Both the position numbers and the translations under genes were made by a program. The notes beneath the pieces are model-generated. The model searched no databases. It was given only the letters and a program-made list of their open reading frames with translations, and was not told where the DNA came from. From Octopus sinensis (taxonomy: Eukaryota), in assembly GCF_006345805.1 (NCBI RefSeq), contig NW_021826661.1:1-12318 (forward strand): 12,318 nucleotides of DNA. Direction: 5' to 3'. Of this stretch, positions 8,612 through 12,318 are shown piece by piece (the stretch's first letter is position 1; each line of letters opens with the position of its first letter).

Positions 8612-8945
8612 TGCATATATACACATATATACACAAACGCACATAGGCTGAGAGAAAAAGTGAGAAACAGTACAAAGTTAAAAGGAATGTATATATGCAA
8701 TATATATATATATGTGTGTGTGTGTGTGTTTGTATGTATATTCATATATGCATATATAATTATATGCAACATCACACATACATACATAGATATATGTCTG
8801 TGTGTATGTATGTGTGTGTATATATATATATATGCATATATTTGTATATACATATATATGTGCGTGTGGTGTGAAGGTATTATTATATATATAATATATA
8901 TATAATATATATATAAATATATTTGTTCATACAAACAATATATGT
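8612..8945. repeat. Compound (TA)/(TG)/(CA) low-complexity tract
   Basis: Alternating dinucleotide runs, interrupted at ~8645-8687. Confidence 0.9.
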
Positions 8946-9229
8946 GAATATGAGCAAAGACGTTCATTGACTGAGAAAGGTATTTCACTGGCGCAGCAGA
9001 TACACTGAGATATCACGTGACAGACAAGGAGTGAGAGGCAACAAAATGGACGTCAGGGATAAGAAACTTACACTTGAATATTCTCACATTTTACCACTTA
9101 AACACTCACACATACGCACATACACACTACAGAAACACACACAAACATACGCAATGACCCGGAAGAATGAACCAACGAGCACACTAACGAACACTCGAGT
9201 ACATACACGCACATACAACCACGCACATA

Positions 9230-9247
9230 TATCTATCTGTATGCCTG

Positions 9248-9308
<61 letters not shown>

Positions 9309-9342
9309 ATATCTATCTATCTATCTATCCATCTATATGTAT

Positions 9343-9394
<52 letters not shown>

Positions 9395-9480
9395 TATATG
9401 TGTGTATATATAGATATATGTATATGTGTATGTATATATACATGTATATGTATATATACATATATATATTTATATTTATA
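9230..9480. repeat. (TATC)n followed by (TA)n/(TG)
   Basis: tatctatc... ~9248-9330, then TA-rich runs. Confidence 0.95.
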
Positions 9481-9497
9481 TCGTAAGTGCTGGAGCG

Positions 9498-9656
9498 CAT
9501 GAGCAGCCGTGTCGTAAGAAGCTTGCTCCCCAACCACATGGTTCCGAGTTCAGTCCCTCTGCATAGTACCTTGGGTAAGTGTCTTCTCCAATAGACTTGG
9601 GCTGATCAAAGCCTTGTGAGTAGATTTGTTAGACGGAAACTGAAAGAAGCCCGTCG

Positions 9657-9712
<56 letters not shown>

Positions 9713-9935
9713 ATATGTATGTATTTGTCTGTCTGTGTTTGTTTCCACACAATTCGCTTGACACCCGATGTTGGTGTGTTTACGTCCCCATAACTTTAAG
9801 GAGTCGGCAAAACAGACCGATAGAATAAGTACTGAGCTTCCAAAAAGTAAGTCCTGGGGTGGATTTGTTCAACCAGAAGCGGTGCTGTAGCATGGCTGCA
9901 GTCAAATGACTGAAGCAAAGAAAAGAACAAAAGAA
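9498..9935 (+). mobile_element. Near-complete SINE family A with an internal (TA)n tract
   Basis: The head gaagcttgctccccaaccacatggttccgagttcagtccc (B-box-like gttcagtcc 9549-9557) matches 6280-6412. Internal TA microsatellite at 9657-9722. The 3' part matches 872-1070 and 1598-1716 and ends in an A-rich tail. Confidence 0.88.
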
Positions 9936-10018
9936 TATATATACATACATACAGACATATATACATACATATATATATACACACACACATATACATATAT
10001 ATACATACACACACACAC

Positions 10019-10058
<40 letters not shown>
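9936..10058. repeat. (TACA)/(CA)/(TA)n microsatellite
   Basis: Directly visible, lying between two SINEs. Confidence 0.95.
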
Positions 10059-10307
10059 TTGAGGCGCGTGGCTTTGTAGTTAGTGTGTCAGCATCATGAT
10101 CGAAAGATTGTGGTTTCGATTCCTCGACCGGGTGTCGCATTGTGTTCTTGAGCAAAACACTTCATTTCACGTTGCTCCGGTCCACTCAGCTGGCAAAAAT
10201 GAGTAACGCTGCGATGGACTGGTGTCCCGTCCAGCTGGGGAACACATACGCCATAGAAGACGGGAAACCGGGCCCATGAGCCTGATAGGCTTTAAAAAGG
10301 GCGCATT

Positions 10308-10312
<5 letters not shown>
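10059..10312 (+). mobile_element. tRNA-derived CORE-like SINE (family C), tail type 3
   Basis: gaggcgcgtggct.. head, B-box-like gtttcgattcc (10113-10123), ttgtgttcttgagcaaaacacttcatttcacgttgctccggtccactcagctggcaaaaatgagt, then a distinct tail gcgatggactggtgtcccgtccag. Confidence 0.88.
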
Positions 10313-10365
<53 letters not shown>

Positions 10366-10366
10366 G
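10313..10366. repeat. (TA)n(CA)n microsatellite
   Basis: Directly visible. Confidence 0.95.
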
Positions 10367-10954
10367 CAGTTAAGTCCGACGGCTTCTTAGCTAGCTTAAA
10401 CTTTGAAGTCACTGTCAACAACAGTCTTGCATAAGAATAAATTTGTGCTCTACAAAACTATAAAGCAACTCATCAGATTCTTGTAAATTTGTTTTTATTT
10501 CGATTGAACCTAAAAGCAAACATAAATATATGTATGTATCTATACATACGCACACATACCCACAAATATATGTGTGTGTGTCTGTGTGTGTGTATTCATA
10601 CACATTATATACAATAGTGTTATGCATCGGTAATTGATTGAGTCCCAAGAATGTATAAAGAAAGAAATTCTCACACGCCCACATGTGCGTTGTGTGTCTC
10701 GGATGGCGCATGCGTTGTGGTATGTGTCATTTTTCAACGGTGTGTGTACTTGTCTATGCGCGCGCACCTATGCGTATGTGGTGTGTTTGTGTGTTTGCTT
10801 GTACGAGAAGGATGCATCACGCATGTATACACACAAGGGTGTGCACATGCGTGGAAGTAAACTATAATGACACGAATAACCGCCGGCGTCCAGGAAGTTT
10901 GAAAATAATGGCGTACGTCTCATTCATTCATACATATCTAGACTTACCTATTTA

Positions 10955-11158
10955 CACACCTGCATACATGCATACATATACATACACACATATACACGCA
11001 AACAAATCCCATTATATATATATATATGGATATGTATATATATGTATATGCATATATACATGTATGAATGTATGTATGAATGAAAATACGGAGGAATATG
11101 CGTATACATGTGTCTGAGGCCACATGTATATATGCAGGCATATCTATACATGTATTAG

Positions 11159-11231
<73 letters not shown>

Positions 11232-11308
11232 CATACATATACATATGTGTGTGTGTGTATGTATACCTATAACCATAATATTATATATGTTTATATATAC
11301 CTTACATG

Positions 11309-11355
<47 letters not shown>

Positions 11356-11372
11356 GAATGTATGCACACACG

Positions 11373-11421
<49 letters not shown>

Positions 11422-11428
11422 GTATATA
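10955..11428. repeat. Compound microsatellite: (CT)n(AT)n(GT)n, (TATC)n, (CG)n(CA)n
   Basis: (CT)(AT)(GT) 11159-11224, (TATC)n ~11309-11354, (CG)(CA) ~11365-11418. Confidence 0.95.
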
Positions 11429-12051
11429 GGAAATGTAAATAAACCTTTTACTAACAAACCCAGACATCAGCCTCTCTGTGGAAAGTAAACAAAGATGTTG
11501 CATCAGGAAATTTATCTTTTCGTGGACTGAAAACTCTCACAATATTTTCGTCTTGTTCGATATTCATCAGGAGAAATGGAACACTTTACCAAAAAGAAAA
11601 AAGAAACCCCCAAAAGCCTGTCCATTCAGTGATGATTATTTCCCACTTACAGTGTATACAAACTCGGTGAGATCTAAAGTGGTTTGTCGAATTTGCCTAA
11701 TACTACAGACATTGATGACTACGCACCACACAGCATGAATAAAGAAACTGAAATTTGGTCCAAAGGCTTTTAATACACATAACATTAGCGAATTAATCGA
11801 CGTTGTCACCGCTTATACTGCTATGTAAATTAGAATAATTTAGCACTGCACTGTCCGCGTTTATATACAGTGTAAATAGTTGAAGCTATTAATTTCTTCC
11901 GATGAAGGTCAAAAGGAAACGAGAAGTTACTTAGAACGATCTATTTCCTGTCCGCGGAGTGCTATGCGCTATTGCGGTGTTGCGGCGTAATCAATTTGGT
12001 TACCTTTCGGAGGAAAGGTAAAGTTTGCTTTGCAAGATTCTGTAAGTTATC

Positions 12052-12160
12052 CATATGTATATATATATATTATATATCTATATATATTACAATACTATAC
12101 GTACATATTCATATTATACATATAATATATATATATAGATATATATATAATATATACTTA
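12052..12160. repeat. Interrupted (TA)n tract
   Basis: Directly visible. Confidence 0.9.
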
Positions 12161-12166
12161 ATAATT

Positions 12167-12318
12167 AGGATTCAGCAAAGATTTGCTTTACCACATACCG
12201 AACTTTAGAAATAGCAGCCAAAAATCCACACAGACAGAGAGGATTGTTTTCAAGTTTTGGTTTTTCTGGGAGTCCCTTTTTAAAGTAGAAGAAATAGCTA
12301 ACGTTTTTTGGCTGCTAT
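12167..12318 (+). mobile_element. MITE family D, running off the window end
   Basis: Left TIR aggattcagc...gaaatagcagccaaaaa at 12167-12224. 12305-12318 tttttggctgctat is the exact reverse complement of 12211-12224 (start of the right TIR). The full right TIR is seen in the copy at 7359-7416. Confidence 0.8.

Noticed and set aside
7940-11488. Many [16 protein letters not shown] ORFs
   Set aside because: They are translations of (TA)n, (TG)n, (CA)n and (TATC)n microsatellites.
11895-11930. Hammerhead-like ccgatga...gaaacg
   Set aside because: U4 is substituted, stem II does not pair, and there is no valid NUH cleavage triplet.

Overview
AT-rich, repeat-saturated eukaryotic non-coding DNA (intron or intergenic). 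The SINE families and microsatellite spectrum closely resemble what I recall of Octopus genomes; this is an inference, not a database result. I can support no intact gene, and nearly all ORFs in the track are translations of microsatellites. The window contains: (1) two decayed Tc1/IS630-type transposase fragments arranged as a fold-back at 6413-7159 (about 330-bp homologous arms, 33-nt spacer), both with DD35E spacing; (2) several tRNA-derived SINE copies from three families, including a three-unit tandem array and three copies sharing a head and core but with unrelated tails; (3) a complete hAT-type MITE with TIRs and an 8-bp TSD (4635-4983); (4) two pieces of a second MITE family with about 58-bp TIRs; (5) short repeat stubs attached to (TA)n, one with a degenerate hammerhead-like motif; (6) many microsatellites, a G-quadruplex motif and a few weak exon candidates.
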